Virus record (IMG/VR): IMGVR_UViG_3300030098_005649
From: a virus
Taxonomy: Duplodnaviria; Caudoviricetes
Length of the DNA stretch: 64,000 nucleotides
Strand: one strand, 5' to 3'
Shown: piece by piece, positions 19,451 through 29,380 of the stretch
How positions within the stretch are numbered: position 1 is the first letter of the stretch
How the letters are laid out: each line of letters opens with the position of its first letter
Translations under genes and position numbers: made by a program
Notes under the pieces: model-generated
What the model was told of the DNA's origin: nothing
What the model saw: only the letters and a program-made list of their open reading frames with translations
The model's database searches: none

Positions 19451-22204
19451 ATGAACTATCGTAATCTAATCTCTATTCTTGCAATATCAGTAGGACTTGT
19501 TTATGGACAAGCCGTTACTGGTTTTGTTGGGGATGGAGAAAAACCACTTGTTGGAGCGAATGTAATCGTTGAGGGTACAGAACTCGGTGGAGTAACAGAC
19601 GAAAGTGGAAAATTCGTCATCGAAACTGGATCTGGTACTTTTGACATTACTGCTTCATACATCGGTTATGTTGCCAAAACTCAATCAGTTGAGATTGGTG
19701 ATATAGTTGGAAGTGTCAGTTTTGACTTAGAAACTGATGTGGTTGCTCTCACAGCACTTGAAGTTCTTGCTTCTCGTGCAGATGAGACTACACCTGTTGC
19801 TTATACTACGGTTAGTAAAGAAGAAATGGAAGTTCGTCTTGGTTCACAAGATATTCCAATGATTCTAAACACAACACCAAGTGTATATGCAACTCAACAA
19901 GGTGGAGGTGCGGGAGATGCCCGTATTAATGTTCGTGGATTCAACCAACGAAATGTCGCAGTAATGATAAACGGAGTTCCCCAAAACGATATGGAGAACG
20001 GATGGGTTTATTGGTCTAATTGGGATGGAGTAGGAGATGCTACTTCCTCAATTCAGATGCAACGAGGTCTATCAGCCGTGAATCTTGCTACACCATCAAT
20101 TGGTGGAACGATGAACATTATCACCGACCCAGCTGCTCACGAAAAAGGTGGGAAGTTCAAACAAGAAGTCGGTGAGGGTGGATTTCTAAAATCTACCTTG
20201 AATTATAACTCAGGTCTAATAAATGATAAGTTGGCAATTAGTGGTACAATTGTTCGTAAAACTGGTGACGGTTTGATTGACGGTACTTGGACAGATGCTT
20301 GGGCTTATTATTTAGGTACATCATATGCTGTATCAGATAAACAGAGATTCGAGTTATATGCAATCGGTGCTCCACAAAGACACGGACAGAACCTATACAA
20401 ACAGAACATAGCTACTTATTCTCAAGAGTTGGCTGGAAGTATCGATGGATACAATGATTCAGCTTATGTTGAGGGAGAGAAGTTTGAAACTGAAGCTGGT
20501 AGGTTCTTCAATCAGAATTGGGCACCTGTAGACCCATCATACAAAGGCCAACAATATTGGTATATGTATGGTGCGAGAACTACAGACAGGTACAATCCAA
20601 ATCTGTTGAATGAAAGAGAAAACTTCTTTCATAAACCACTTGTAAATCTAAACCATTTCTATGATATAAATGATGATATGAGATTATCTTCAGTATTATA
20701 TTGGAGTGGTGGTTCAGGTGGTGGTACTGGTACTTATGGAAGTGTCAGTAGAAAACCTGCAGTCGAAGGAGAACCTTGGTATGCAAGTTCACCTTGGATG
20801 TGGGATTGGAATGCTGAGATTGAACAGAACTCATCTAATGTAGATTCTGCTTGGTCTGATGTTGAAAATCGTTCAACAGGTATTCTTCGTAACTCAATCA
20901 ATCGTCAGAACACATATGGTTTGATTTCTAAATTGAACTATGATGTATCAGACGAACTTGAAGTTCAAGTTGGTATCGATTGGAGAACTGCTGGTATTGA
21001 ACACGCTCGTGAGGTTCGTGATTTATTAGGTGGAGACTACTATGTAAATTTCGCCGATGATAACGCACCTGATGGTAAAGTAGTTCGTTTAGGTGATATT
21101 ATCGCCTATCACAACGAAACAACTGTAAATTGGTTTGGTGCTTTCTTACAAGGTAGTTATACTGGTGAGAAACTAAACCTTTATGGTATGGGTGGTGTAT
21201 CCACTATTGGATATACTTACGAAGACCATTTTGCTCTAAATGTAGATGAAGATGGAAACAAAATTGATAATTTTGTTGAAGCTCCATCTATCACAACCTT
21301 TCAAGTAAAGGGTGGTGCTAGATATAATCTTGACGACAGATTATCAGCATTTGCTAATTTAGGGTATGTTCAAAAACCACCAATCTTAGATAATGTGATT
21401 GACTATGATGGAAATGTATCTACAAATCCAGATAATGAGAAATTCATATCTAATGAAATCGGTGGAGAATACAGAAGTGATAAAGTTGCTATCAAGGGTA
21501 GTTATTATAACACTCAATGGAAAGATAGAAACCTTACAAAATCTGTAACAACAGGACAAGGTGATTCAGGTGACACAGACATCATTTATCTAACTGGTGT
21601 AGACCAAAGTCATAGTGGTTTCGAGATAGAGTCTAAAGTTGCTCTACACGAAATGGTAGACTTAGATGTCGCTGTTAGTATCGGAGATTGGTACTTTGAC
21701 GGAGATGCTAAAGGTGACTATACTTCAATGGAATACAATGAAAATAATGAGATTATCGGACAAACATCTACTGAGTATGAATATGCTCTCGCTAATCTAA
21801 AAGTTGGTGATATGCCACAAACATCTTATGTTGGTGGACTTACAGTAAAACCAATTAAAGGTTTGAGTGTACAAGGTCTTTATAGATGGTACGACAATCA
21901 CTATGCTGATTGGAGTCCTGATTCTCGTGAGGTTGAAGGTGATGCAGATAGAGAACAAGTATGGAAAACTCCATCTTATGGTAAGTTAGACTTACATCTA
22001 TCTTATAAATTACCTGAAATTGCAGGTCTTGATATGACTATTCACGGTCATTTATTCAATGCACTTGATGAGGTATTTATTCAAGATGCAGTAGACAATA
22101 GTAAATACAATGGGTATGGTGATAAACTTCACTTAGCTCATAATGCCGAAGTATTTCTTGGAACACCAAGAAGTTTCAACTTAGGACTATCTGTCAATTT
22201 CTAA
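19451..22204 (+). CDS. full-length TonB-dependent outer-membrane receptor with signal peptide and carboxypeptidase-regulatory-like N-domain
   Basis: start moved to ATG 19451 (RBS spacing); signal peptide MNYRNLISILAISVGLVYG; plug motif RINVRGFNQRNVAVMINGVPQNDMENGWVYWSNW; C-terminal LGLSVNF beta signal. Confidence 0.92.
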   Translation: MNYRNLISILAISVGLVYGQAVTGFVGDGEKPLVGANVIVEGTELGGVTDESGKFVIETGSGTFDITASYIGYVAKTQSVEIGDIVGSVSFDLETDVVALTALEVLASRADETTPVAYTTVSKEEMEVRLGSQDIPMILNTTPSVYATQQGGGAGDARINVRGFNQRNVAVMINGVPQNDMENGWVYWSNWDGVGDATSSIQMQRGLSAVNLATPSIGGTMNIITDPAAHEKGGKFKQEVGEGGFLKSTLNYNSGLINDKLAISGTIVRKTGDGLIDGTWTDAWAYYLGTSYAVSDKQRFELYAIGAPQRHGQNLYKQNIATYSQELAGSIDGYNDSAYVEGEKFETEAGRFFNQNWAPVDPSYKGQQYWYMYGARTTDRYNPNLLNERENFFHKPLVNLNHFYDINDDMRLSSVLYWSGGSGGGTGTYGSVSRKPAVEGEPWYASSPWMWDWNAEIEQNSSNVDSAWSDVENRSTGILRNSINRQNTYGLISKLNYDVSDELEVQVGIDWRTAGIEHAREVRDLLGGDYYVNFADDNAPDGKVVRLGDIIAYHNETTVNWFGAFLQGSYTGEKLNLYGMGGVSTIGYTYEDHFALNVDEDGNKIDNFVEAPSITTFQVKGGARYNLDDRLSAFANLGYVQKPPILDNVIDYDGNVSTNPDNEKFISNEIGGEYRSDKVAIKGSYYNTQWKDRNLTKSVTTGQGDSGDTDIIYLTGVDQSHSGFEIESKVALHEMVDLDVAVSIGDWYFDGDAKGDYTSMEYNENNEIIGQTSTEYEYALANLKVGDMPQTSYVGGLTVKPIKGLSVQGLYRWYDNHYADWSPDSREVEGDADREQVWKTPSYGKLDLHLSYKLPEIAGLDMTIHGHLFNALDEVFIQDAVDNSKYNGYGDKLHLAHNAEVFLGTPRSFNLGLSVNF

Positions 22205-22211
22205 AGTAATA

Positions 22212-22238
22212 AATTGGGGGGAATTTTTCCCCCCAATT
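22212..22238 (+). terminator. intrinsic terminator-like hairpin after the TBDR
   Basis: perfect 12-bp stem aattggggggaa/ttccccccaatt with 3-nt loop. Confidence 0.8.
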
Positions 22239-22256
22239 ATTGTAAAGGTACAAACA

Positions 22257-22757
22257 TTGAAAAAGTTATTATTTTTGTTATTATTATTTTGTTGTGATGA
22301 TAGAGTAGAAGACCCGACTAAATCTAATATTATCGTGACGATGTTACGAGTAGATAGAATTGAAATACTTGATTGGTTATGGATAACACCTGCTCCAATT
22401 TGGGGTCACTTAGAATCAGAAGATAGTATACCTCTTGAAAGAATGGTTGTACATTGGTGGAGTAATCTGTATTGGGACGAGGATGATTCAAGTGGTCATT
22501 ATAGATTACTACCCAACAGAAGAAACAAAGCAATATGGTATGATAACTTTGGAAACAGAGATACTATGGATGTAGATGTAGACACACTAAGATGGACTAC
22601 AGACAGATACTCTGAAGTAGATAGTTTAGGATATTTTTTTAATACACTAAGACCTACAAGAGTAATGCAAAATAAGGGTAGTGGTAGTTGGATGAAATTG
22701 TATTGGAGTATTGAAAATACACTAATAGATTCACAAGAAATATTTCTAATGGATTGA
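22257..22757 (+). CDS. putative lipoprotein / exported protein (paralog of 58029-58634)
   Basis: TTG start; MKKLLFLLLLFCC signal-like N-terminus; WWSNLYW...FNTLRP..M shared with the paralog. Confidence 0.55.
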   Translation: MKKLLFLLLLFCCDDRVEDPTKSNIIVTMLRVDRIEILDWLWITPAPIWGHLESEDSIPLERMVVHWWSNLYWDEDDSSGHYRLLPNRRNKAIWYDNFGNRDTMDVDVDTLRWTTDRYSEVDSLGYFFNTLRPTRVMQNKGSGSWMKLYWSIENTLIDSQEIFLMD

Positions 22758-22778
22758 AAAAAAAATAAAAAAAGTTGT

Positions 22779-22816
22779 AAAAAGTGCTTGTATTTGTCAT
22801 TTTTTCTTTGTAACTT
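22779..22816 (+). promoter_or_regulatory. sigma70-type early promoter
   Basis: aaaaagtgc-TTGTAT-17 nt-TAACTT; same family as the promoters at 23422, 30573, 57848, 63367, 63618 and 63989. Confidence 0.6.
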
Positions 22817-22842
22817 ATGGTATGATAAATAAGGAAAAAACA

Positions 22843-23199
22843 ATGAATACAAGAAAACATCTAAAAGAAGGTACTTACACTTATTGGGTAAATAAAAGAA
22901 GTGGTACTATCCAGCATGTGGGAGTTGAATACAATAAGTATTTCAAGAACTTCAAATTGACTATGAGTACTGTAAATTTACCATACGAAAGAATGTATTT
23001 CACAAAAGGTAGTGATATGAATGGTGTGGATAGATTCTTGAAAAACTATGAGTTTATTTGTGAGAATCCAGACAATGATTTTTTTGTAAATGTCTTGGCT
23101 AACAAGAAACTAAAGAGTGAGTTTACTTGGGGTAGAAAAACCAATGGTAGACTTGGTATCACTAAAGATGAATATTTTTCAAAACTAAACATAAAATAA
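22843..23199 (+). CDS. hypothetical protein (early gene)
   Basis: start moved to ATG 22843 behind the AAGGA RBS. Confidence 0.6.
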   Translation: MNTRKHLKEGTYTYWVNKRSGTIQHVGVEYNKYFKNFKLTMSTVNLPYERMYFTKGSDMNGVDRFLKNYEFICENPDNDFFVNVLANKKLKSEFTWGRKTNGRLGITKDEYFSKLNIK

Positions 23200-23211
23200 A
23201 AGGAGTCTATT

Positions 23212-23331
23212 ATGTATAGAAGTGAATGTTGTGGTGGAATGGTCTATGATGACTATGACATCTGTTCAGATTGTTACGAACACTGCGAAGTGTGGTTTGA
23301 TGGTGATGAAGAAGACGAAGACGAATCGTAA
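23212..23331 (+). CDS. 39-aa Cys-rich zinc-finger microprotein, not in the ORF track
   Basis: AGGAG RBS; MYRSECCGGMVYDDYDICSDCYEHCEVWFDGDEEDEDES. Confidence 0.7.
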   Translation: MYRSECCGGMVYDDYDICSDCYEHCEVWFDGDEEDEDES

Positions 23332-23425
23332 ATGTAAACAATGTAAAACAGAGTTAGATGGGATAATGATTTTTTATCCTGAACTCTGTTTATTTTGTGT
23401 TATAAAAAAAGAAAATAATGCTTGA
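23306..23425 (+). CDS. small CxxC...CxxC protein
   Basis: MKKTKTNRKCKQCKTELDGIMIFYPELCLFCVIKKENNA; 3' part of track ORF 23222-23425. Confidence 0.45.
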   Translation: MKKTKTNRKCKQCKTELDGIMIFYPELCLFCVIKKENNA

Positions 23426-23451
23426 CACATATAGTAAAAGTTGTGTATATT
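23422..23451 (+). promoter_or_regulatory. sigma70-type promoter of the nuclease/methyltransferase pair
   Basis: TTGACA-18 nt-TATATT. Confidence 0.75.
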
Positions 23452-23483
23452 ATACTATGAATAATAAAGGAAAAACAAACAAA

Positions 23484-24080
23484 ATGAAGACAACAACTAA
23501 CAATCTAATAAACAATTTTTCTTATGAAGACTTGGCTCACGCTTTATATCTAAAAGGTGAGAGGGATGGTGTTCATAAAATTACAGACAAAACTCAATGG
23601 AGAGAGTTTGTTATCGCTGACAAATTAGGTCATAAGGCTTTTGATAAGATTTCTGCTGGTAAAGGTAGTGATAAATATGGTGCAGATGCTTATGAGGCTA
23701 ATGGACAAACTGCAGAATATAAGAGTAAGTCTATCAATGACAAAGAGGTTCGTAACCTTACTCGTCAAGTTAGAAACCATAATACAGGTTTGAGATTTTC
23801 AGCACTCAAAGTTCCTGGTGTTTACAATGGGGCATATACACAAGATGCAATTGATGCTTATTCTAAACATAATCACTATTTTGGTGTGTTTTGGAAAGAG
23901 AGATGTGTTTTGATTATCAAACCAACTACTGATTATGTTATCAGTACACTTACTGAAAACAACAACAATCGTAAAGATGGGGCGACAACAAACCTAAATA
24001 GTGTTGTTGTGAACTTAGACGATGTTTCTAATTATGAAATTGCTTACAAAGACAATGATTGGTTCGAGGAGAATGAATGA
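23484..24080 (+). CDS. putative type II restriction endonuclease (PD-(D/E)XK fold)
   Basis: WREFVIA...GADAY...AEYKS catalytic spacing; overlaps a downstream DNA MTase. Confidence 0.6.
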   Translation: MKTTTNNLINNFSYEDLAHALYLKGERDGVHKITDKTQWREFVIADKLGHKAFDKISAGKGSDKYGADAYEANGQTAEYKSKSINDKEVRNLTRQVRNHNTGLRFSALKVPGVYNGAYTQDAIDAYSKHNHYFGVFWKERCVLIIKPTTDYVISTLTENNNNRKDGATTNLNSVVVNLDDVSNYEIAYKDNDWFEENE

Positions 24081-24841
24081 AAAGTTATGCTATAGTAAAT
24101 GAGGATTGTTTAGACTTACTAAGAGGTCTTGATGATAATTCTGTTGATTTGGTTCTAACAGACCCACCATACTATATTGGATATGATGGTGGTAAGGGTT
24201 GGGACTCGGCTTGGGACACAGAACAAGATTATTTAGATTGGTGTAAGTTATGGACAGCGGAATGTGTTAGGGTATTGAAACCAAATAGATGTATGTATGT
24301 TTGGGGTACTACCAAAACAGATACATTCTTGAGATATAAATTAGATGTTCTCAACTCTTTTGATGATATTTATTATCAGAGTTGGATAATATGGTCGTAT
24401 GATTGGGGTGGTAGAACAAAGAAAAACTTTGCCAGAAAACACGAGGATTTATTGATGTATTCTAAAGGTAAAGAATTTATGTTCAACAAAGATGATGTTA
24501 GAATACCATATATTTTGAAAAAGAGTGTTAGAAAAGGTAAAGAACTAAATCCACTTGGTAAAATACCAACGGATGTTTGGCCAAAGAATAATCATACCAC
24601 ATCAAAAGAATATGCTGGATGGCATCCAACTCAGAAACCACTTGAGTTATTAGAAAGAATTATCAAGGCTCACACAAATAAAGGTGATGTTGTTTTGGAT
24701 TGTTTTAGTGGTAGTGGTAGTACTGCAATTGCATCCATAAATACCAACAGAGAATTTATTGGTTGTGAGTTAGATGAGGAATATTTTACAAAATCAATGG
24801 AAAGAATAAACGAACTAACAGGTGTAAATAGGTTTATATAA
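24077..24841 (+). CDS. beta-class N6-adenine/N4-cytosine DNA methyltransferase
   Basis: LTDPPY (motif IV) before HPTQKP...VLDCFSGSGST (motif I). Confidence 0.93.
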   Translation: MKSYAIVNEDCLDLLRGLDDNSVDLVLTDPPYYIGYDGGKGWDSAWDTEQDYLDWCKLWTAECVRVLKPNRCMYVWGTTKTDTFLRYKLDVLNSFDDIYYQSWIIWSYDWGGRTKKNFARKHEDLLMYSKGKEFMFNKDDVRIPYILKKSVRKGKELNPLGKIPTDVWPKNNHTTSKEYAGWHPTQKPLELLERIIKAHTNKGDVVLDCFSGSGSTAIASINTNREFIGCELDEEYFTKSMERINELTGVNRFI

Positions 24842-27364
24842 ATGTATCAGGCAATTCATTACGACCATTTCAAAAAGAAAATACATCTTTGGGATGATAA
24901 GGCTGGTTACCAAGTCATACCATTCAAAAAATATGCGTATACTAAATCACCTGGTGGTCAATATGTTTCACTATATGGTGATAGACTAAAGAAGATACAC
25001 GATTGGGATCCTAAAGAAAAAGGTCTGTTTGAGTCTGATGTACAACCCGTAGTTAGATTTTTAGTAGACCAATATACAGATAGTGATGAAGTATCTGATG
25101 GTCACAGAGTAATGATTATGGATATCGAGTGTGAAATCGTAGATGGATTTCCTGATGTTCAGAATCCAAAAGAACAGATAACTTCTATTGCGATTTATGA
25201 TTCTATTACCGACCACTATACTGCTTTTGTACTCGATCCTGAAAATAAATTTGAACTACCATCTGATGATGTAGGTAACAGAGTAAAAGAAGAAGATGGA
25301 CAAACGATTGAAACATTCAAAACAGAGTTTCAATTATTGACAAGATTTTACCTAAAATATATGGAAATCCAACCAACAATAATTACTGGCTGGAATATAG
25401 AGTTTTTCGATATTCCTTTTCTCTATAATCGGTCAGTTCAAGTGGTTGGTGCTGATGTGGCCAATTTACTATCACCAATTAGAGAAGTAAATTGGTCTAC
25501 ATTCAGAGAAAGATATACAATTGCAGGTGTGAACATTTTAGACTATCTCGCACTCTACAAGAACTTTAGATTTACGATGCAATCAAGTTACAGATTAGAC
25601 CATATTGGTGAGGTTGAGGTTGGTACGAATAAAATAGAATATGATGGTACATTGAACGATTTATATGAAAATGACTTAGAGAAATTTGTAGAATATAACA
25701 TACACGATGTTAGGATTGTGAAGAAACTCGATGATAAATTAGATTTTATTGATATTGCTCGTGGTGTGGCTCATCTTGGGCATGTACCTTATGAAGATGT
25801 ATTTATGAGTTCACGATATCTTGAGGGTGCGATTTTAGTCTATCTGAAAAAGGTTGGAATGGTTGCACCAGATAAACCACCAAGACCAAAACAATTGAGT
25901 GGTGATAAGTTCGCAGGTGCTTATGTACAAGAACCACAATCTGGTAAACATAGTTGGGTATATGATTTGGATATTACGAGTATGTATCCGAGTGTAATTC
26001 GTTCATTGAATATTTCACCTGAAACTAAACTTGGTAAGGTTATTGGTTGGGATCCTGAAGAGTATTTACAAAAAGATTTGAAAAAGACTTATACTATTGA
26101 GATGAAAGGTAAGGAACAAGGTAAAGTAACTAATGACCAACTCGAACAATACTTCAATGATAATCAAGTCAGTATATCTTCTTGTGGAGTATTGTATAGA
26201 ACTGATAAGAAAGGTTTGATTCCATCACTATTGACTAAGTGGTTCAATGAAAGGGTAGAGTTCAGAAAGTTGGCTAAGAAGTTTGCTGAAGAGGGTAACG
26301 ATGAACAACATCAGTATTTTGATAGAAGACAATACCTACAGAAGATTATTCTAAACTCATTATATGGTGTATTGGGTTTACCTGTATTTAGATTCTATGA
26401 CTTAGATAATGCAGAATCAACAACATTGACAGGTCAATCACTAATCAAATTCACTAAGAAAATGGGTAACTACTTTTACAACAGAGAGTTGGGTGATGAC
26501 AAAGACTATTGTATTTACATTGATACTGATTCAGTATTTTATTCTGCAGTTCCATTGGTAGAGAAGAGATTTCCGAATGAAAAATTATCTGATGTGATGA
26601 TGTCAAAAAAGATTCTTGATATTGCATCAGAGGTACAAACATTCTTGAACAATTCATATAATTATTTTGCCAAAAGATTCAATCGTATAGATGAACACCA
26701 TTACGAGATAAAACAAGAGGTTATTGCAAAGAGTGGATTATTCATTACCAAGAAAAGATATGGTATGAAAATTATCAATGATGCTGGAGTAAAGGTAAAC
26801 AAAGTGCATGTCAAGGGTTTGGATACCGTTAGAAGTTCGTTTGCAATAGCGATGAAAGAATTACTATCGAGTGTGTTGGAAGATATCTTGGCGGATGTAC
26901 CAAAAGAAAAGATAGATGAGAGAATTGTAAACTTTAGAAATTCAATGGAGTTGATGGACTTTGATAGAATCTCATCACCAGTTGGGGTAAAGAATATATC
27001 AAAATACATATCACCATCTGATGGTATGTTTACTGATTTCAAAAAAGGTGCACCAGTGCATGTCAAGGCTGCTATAAATCACAATGACTTACTGAAGTAT
27101 TACAAACAAGATAAGAAATATGAATTCATCAAGAATGGTAGTAAGATAAAGTGGGTGTATCTAAAAGAAAATAATTTAGGTATGGATGTGTTGGCCTACA
27201 AAGGTTATGAGGATCCACCTGAGATAATCAAATTCATAAAAGAGAATATACACCATAAGAAAATCTACGACCAGGCGTTATATAAAAAGATTATGATGTT
27301 TTATCAGGCTATGAATTGGGATGAACCAACACTAAAAAAAGATACCATTGAAAGATTTTTTTGA
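24842..27364 (+). CDS. family-B DNA polymerase with 3'-5' exonuclease domain (gp43-like)
   Basis: DIECE, GWNIEFFDIP, YNIHDV, DLDITSMYPS, KIILNSLYG, YIDTDS, KKRYG. Confidence 0.97.
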   Translation: MYQAIHYDHFKKKIHLWDDKAGYQVIPFKKYAYTKSPGGQYVSLYGDRLKKIHDWDPKEKGLFESDVQPVVRFLVDQYTDSDEVSDGHRVMIMDIECEIVDGFPDVQNPKEQITSIAIYDSITDHYTAFVLDPENKFELPSDDVGNRVKEEDGQTIETFKTEFQLLTRFYLKYMEIQPTIITGWNIEFFDIPFLYNRSVQVVGADVANLLSPIREVNWSTFRERYTIAGVNILDYLALYKNFRFTMQSSYRLDHIGEVEVGTNKIEYDGTLNDLYENDLEKFVEYNIHDVRIVKKLDDKLDFIDIARGVAHLGHVPYEDVFMSSRYLEGAILVYLKKVGMVAPDKPPRPKQLSGDKFAGAYVQEPQSGKHSWVYDLDITSMYPSVIRSLNISPETKLGKVIGWDPEEYLQKDLKKTYTIEMKGKEQGKVTNDQLEQYFNDNQVSISSCGVLYRTDKKGLIPSLLTKWFNERVEFRKLAKKFAEEGNDEQHQYFDRRQYLQKIILNSLYGVLGLPVFRFYDLDNAESTTLTGQSLIKFTKKMGNYFYNRELGDDKDYCIYIDTDSVFYSAVPLVEKRFPNEKLSDVMMSKKILDIASEVQTFLNNSYNYFAKRFNRIDEHHYEIKQEVIAKSGLFITKKRYGMKIINDAGVKVNKVHVKGLDTVRSSFAIAMKELLSSVLEDILADVPKEKIDERIVNFRNSMELMDFDRISSPVGVKNISKYISPSDGMFTDFKKGAPVHVKAAINHNDLLKYYKQDKKYEFIKNGSKIKWVYLKENNLGMDVLAYKGYEDPPEIIKFIKENIHHKKIYDQALYKKIMMFYQAMNWDEPTLKKDTIERFF

Positions 27365-27427
27365 TTGTTTGAGAATAATAAACAATATATATAAATATAC
27401 TAAAACTATAATAGGAGAAAAACGGTT

Positions 27428-28153
27428 ATGAATAAAGATGTATTGACTCGTTTCATTTCAAAATACCATTTGAGTGGTAACATAAATACTGCCATTTGGA
27501 GAAACAACGATAGTACTCTATCAACACGATTCATTTCAGGTGATAAATCATTACTTGGAAATGTTAGTTTGGATGAGTTTGATGTTGAAGATTTTGAAAT
27601 GGGAGTATATAATACAAACCAATTATCATCATTGCTTGGTGTAGTTGGTAATGATATCAATCTTGATATACTAAGGTCAGAAGATAAATGTATTTCACTA
27701 AAAGTGAAAGATGATACTTCTTCTGTAAACTATATGTTATCTGATTTGTCAGTAATAAACAGACCACCAGACTTGAAGAATGTTCCTGATTTTACATTGA
27801 CACTTGACATTGATTCTAATTTTATCAATAAATTTATCAATGGTAAATCTGCATTACCAGATACAGAAACATTCACTATATTGACAGATGAAAGTGATAG
27901 TGGTGCAAAAGTTGTTATTGGTTGGAGTGAAATAAACTCTAATAGAGTTGAACTACCAGTAAATGTAACTGAGTTTGACAAGTTAGACAATATCTCATTC
28001 AATGCAAATCTATTCAAAGATGTATTGGTTGCAAACAAAGAGTGTGGTAATGCAAGATTGAGAGTTTCAAAAGATGGACTTGCACATATCAAATTCCAAG
28101 TTGATAAGTATGTTTCTGAGTATTTTCTTGTTGCATCCGCAAATAAGAGATAA
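27428..28153 (+). CDS. sliding clamp (gp45-like)
   Basis: 241 aa, two-domain beta-rich pattern; lies between the polymerase and the clamp loader. Confidence 0.75.
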   Translation: MNKDVLTRFISKYHLSGNINTAIWRNNDSTLSTRFISGDKSLLGNVSLDEFDVEDFEMGVYNTNQLSSLLGVVGNDINLDILRSEDKCISLKVKDDTSSVNYMLSDLSVINRPPDLKNVPDFTLTLDIDSNFINKFINGKSALPDTETFTILTDESDSGAKVVIGWSEINSNRVELPVNVTEFDKLDNISFNANLFKDVLVANKECGNARLRVSKDGLAHIKFQVDKYVSEYFLVASANKR

Positions 28154-29380
28154 ATGTATCTAAAATACTTTGACAAATTTTACGACCAAGATGGATACTT
28201 AGACATACCCGAAGAAGAGTGGACTTACATAAAAGAAACCTTTGAGAAGGATGATGTAAAAGAAAGTCTTGCCAAAGTTGCAATGACTTATCCGATACCT
28301 TATGCGGAAATATCTGAAGAGGTGTGTCTAAAAGACTATAAAAAGTTGAAAGGTATTTGGTGGAATGATTTGATTATAGAAGACGAGTGGTTTGCCAGAA
28401 GTGAAGATGGATATAGATGGGGAATTGATTATAAAGGTAAACAGATTTATTTCAAACGATATAATGTTGGTAATAAATCATCAAACTACTTTCAACAGAA
28501 AAATAGATGGTCTGTAGATGGTTCAGTATCACCTGGACCACAACGGACTTGGGAAACTGAAAAGTTTATGACGAGTCTAATGGGTGCGGCATACTCTTTG
28601 AAGTTACCTAAGATTGATAAAAAACATCTAAGGTTGATGATAGGACTCAGAAAATACATTTGTAGTCAATTCAAACCATCGGTCGCAAAGGCAATATATG
28701 ATTACTTTGAGGCTGATAGTATTTTAGATTTTTCTGCAGGTTGGGGTGATAGATTGGCTGGATTTTATGCCTCTAATTCAAGTAGGTATTATGGTATAGA
28801 CCCAAGAAAAGAAAATCATCCAATCTACAGAGAACAGGCTGAGTTTTATGAAAAACATAGAAGTACTTTTTTAGAACCAACTAAGGAAGTAGATTTCTTT
28901 GAATCACCTGCAGAAGATTTTGATTACTCTCAGATAAAACCTGTTGATTTGGTATTTACATCACCACCTTATTTCAATGTGGAACGATATAGTTACGATG
29001 ACACTCAAAGTTGGATAAGATACAAGGATATAAATTCTTGGAATGAATCATTCTTACATAGGGCACTCGAAAAGATGTGGACTCGTATAAGTAGTGGTGG
29101 ACATTTGTTGGTAAATATTTCTGATGTCTATTCTAATTCAAAATGGAGTACTGATAGAGGTTGGGATAAAATATGTGACCCAATGAATGATTTCATAAAT
29201 AATGAATTAGAGGGTTCAGAATATCAAGGTTGTATTGGAATGGAAATGGCAAAACGACCTAATAGTGGTGGTGCAGGAACTGCAAAATCAGAAGAGTATA
29301 GTGAAGAATCACTAAAACTTGCGGAAGAGACAAAGAACAAAACATTTTGTGAACCTATTTGGGTATGGAAAAAATTATAG
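28154..29380 (+). CDS. DNA methyltransferase, SPPY type (amino-MTase, probably m4C)
   Basis: SQFKPSVAK, LDFSAGWGDRLAG (motif I), FTSPPYFNVERY (motif IV). Confidence 0.85.
   Translation: MYLKYFDKFYDQDGYLDIPEEEWTYIKETFEKDDVKESLAKVAMTYPIPYAEISEEVCLKDYKKLKGIWWNDLIIEDEWFARSEDGYRWGIDYKGKQIYFKRYNVGNKSSNYFQQKNRWSVDGSVSPGPQRTWETEKFMTSLMGAAYSLKLPKIDKKHLRLMIGLRKYICSQFKPSVAKAIYDYFEADSILDFSAGWGDRLAGFYASNSSRYYGIDPRKENHPIYREQAEFYEKHRSTFLEPTKEVDFFESPAEDFDYSQIKPVDLVFTSPPYFNVERYSYDDTQSWIRYKDINSWNESFLHRALEKMWTRISSGGHLLVNISDVYSNSKWSTDRGWDKICDPMNDFINNELEGSEYQGCIGMEMAKRPNSGGAGTAKSEEYSEESLKLAEETKNKTFCEPIWVWKKL

Noticed and set aside
13669-27364. Inteins or group I introns in recA, helicase, nrdJ or polB
   Set aside because: All are of ordinary length with contiguous motifs.
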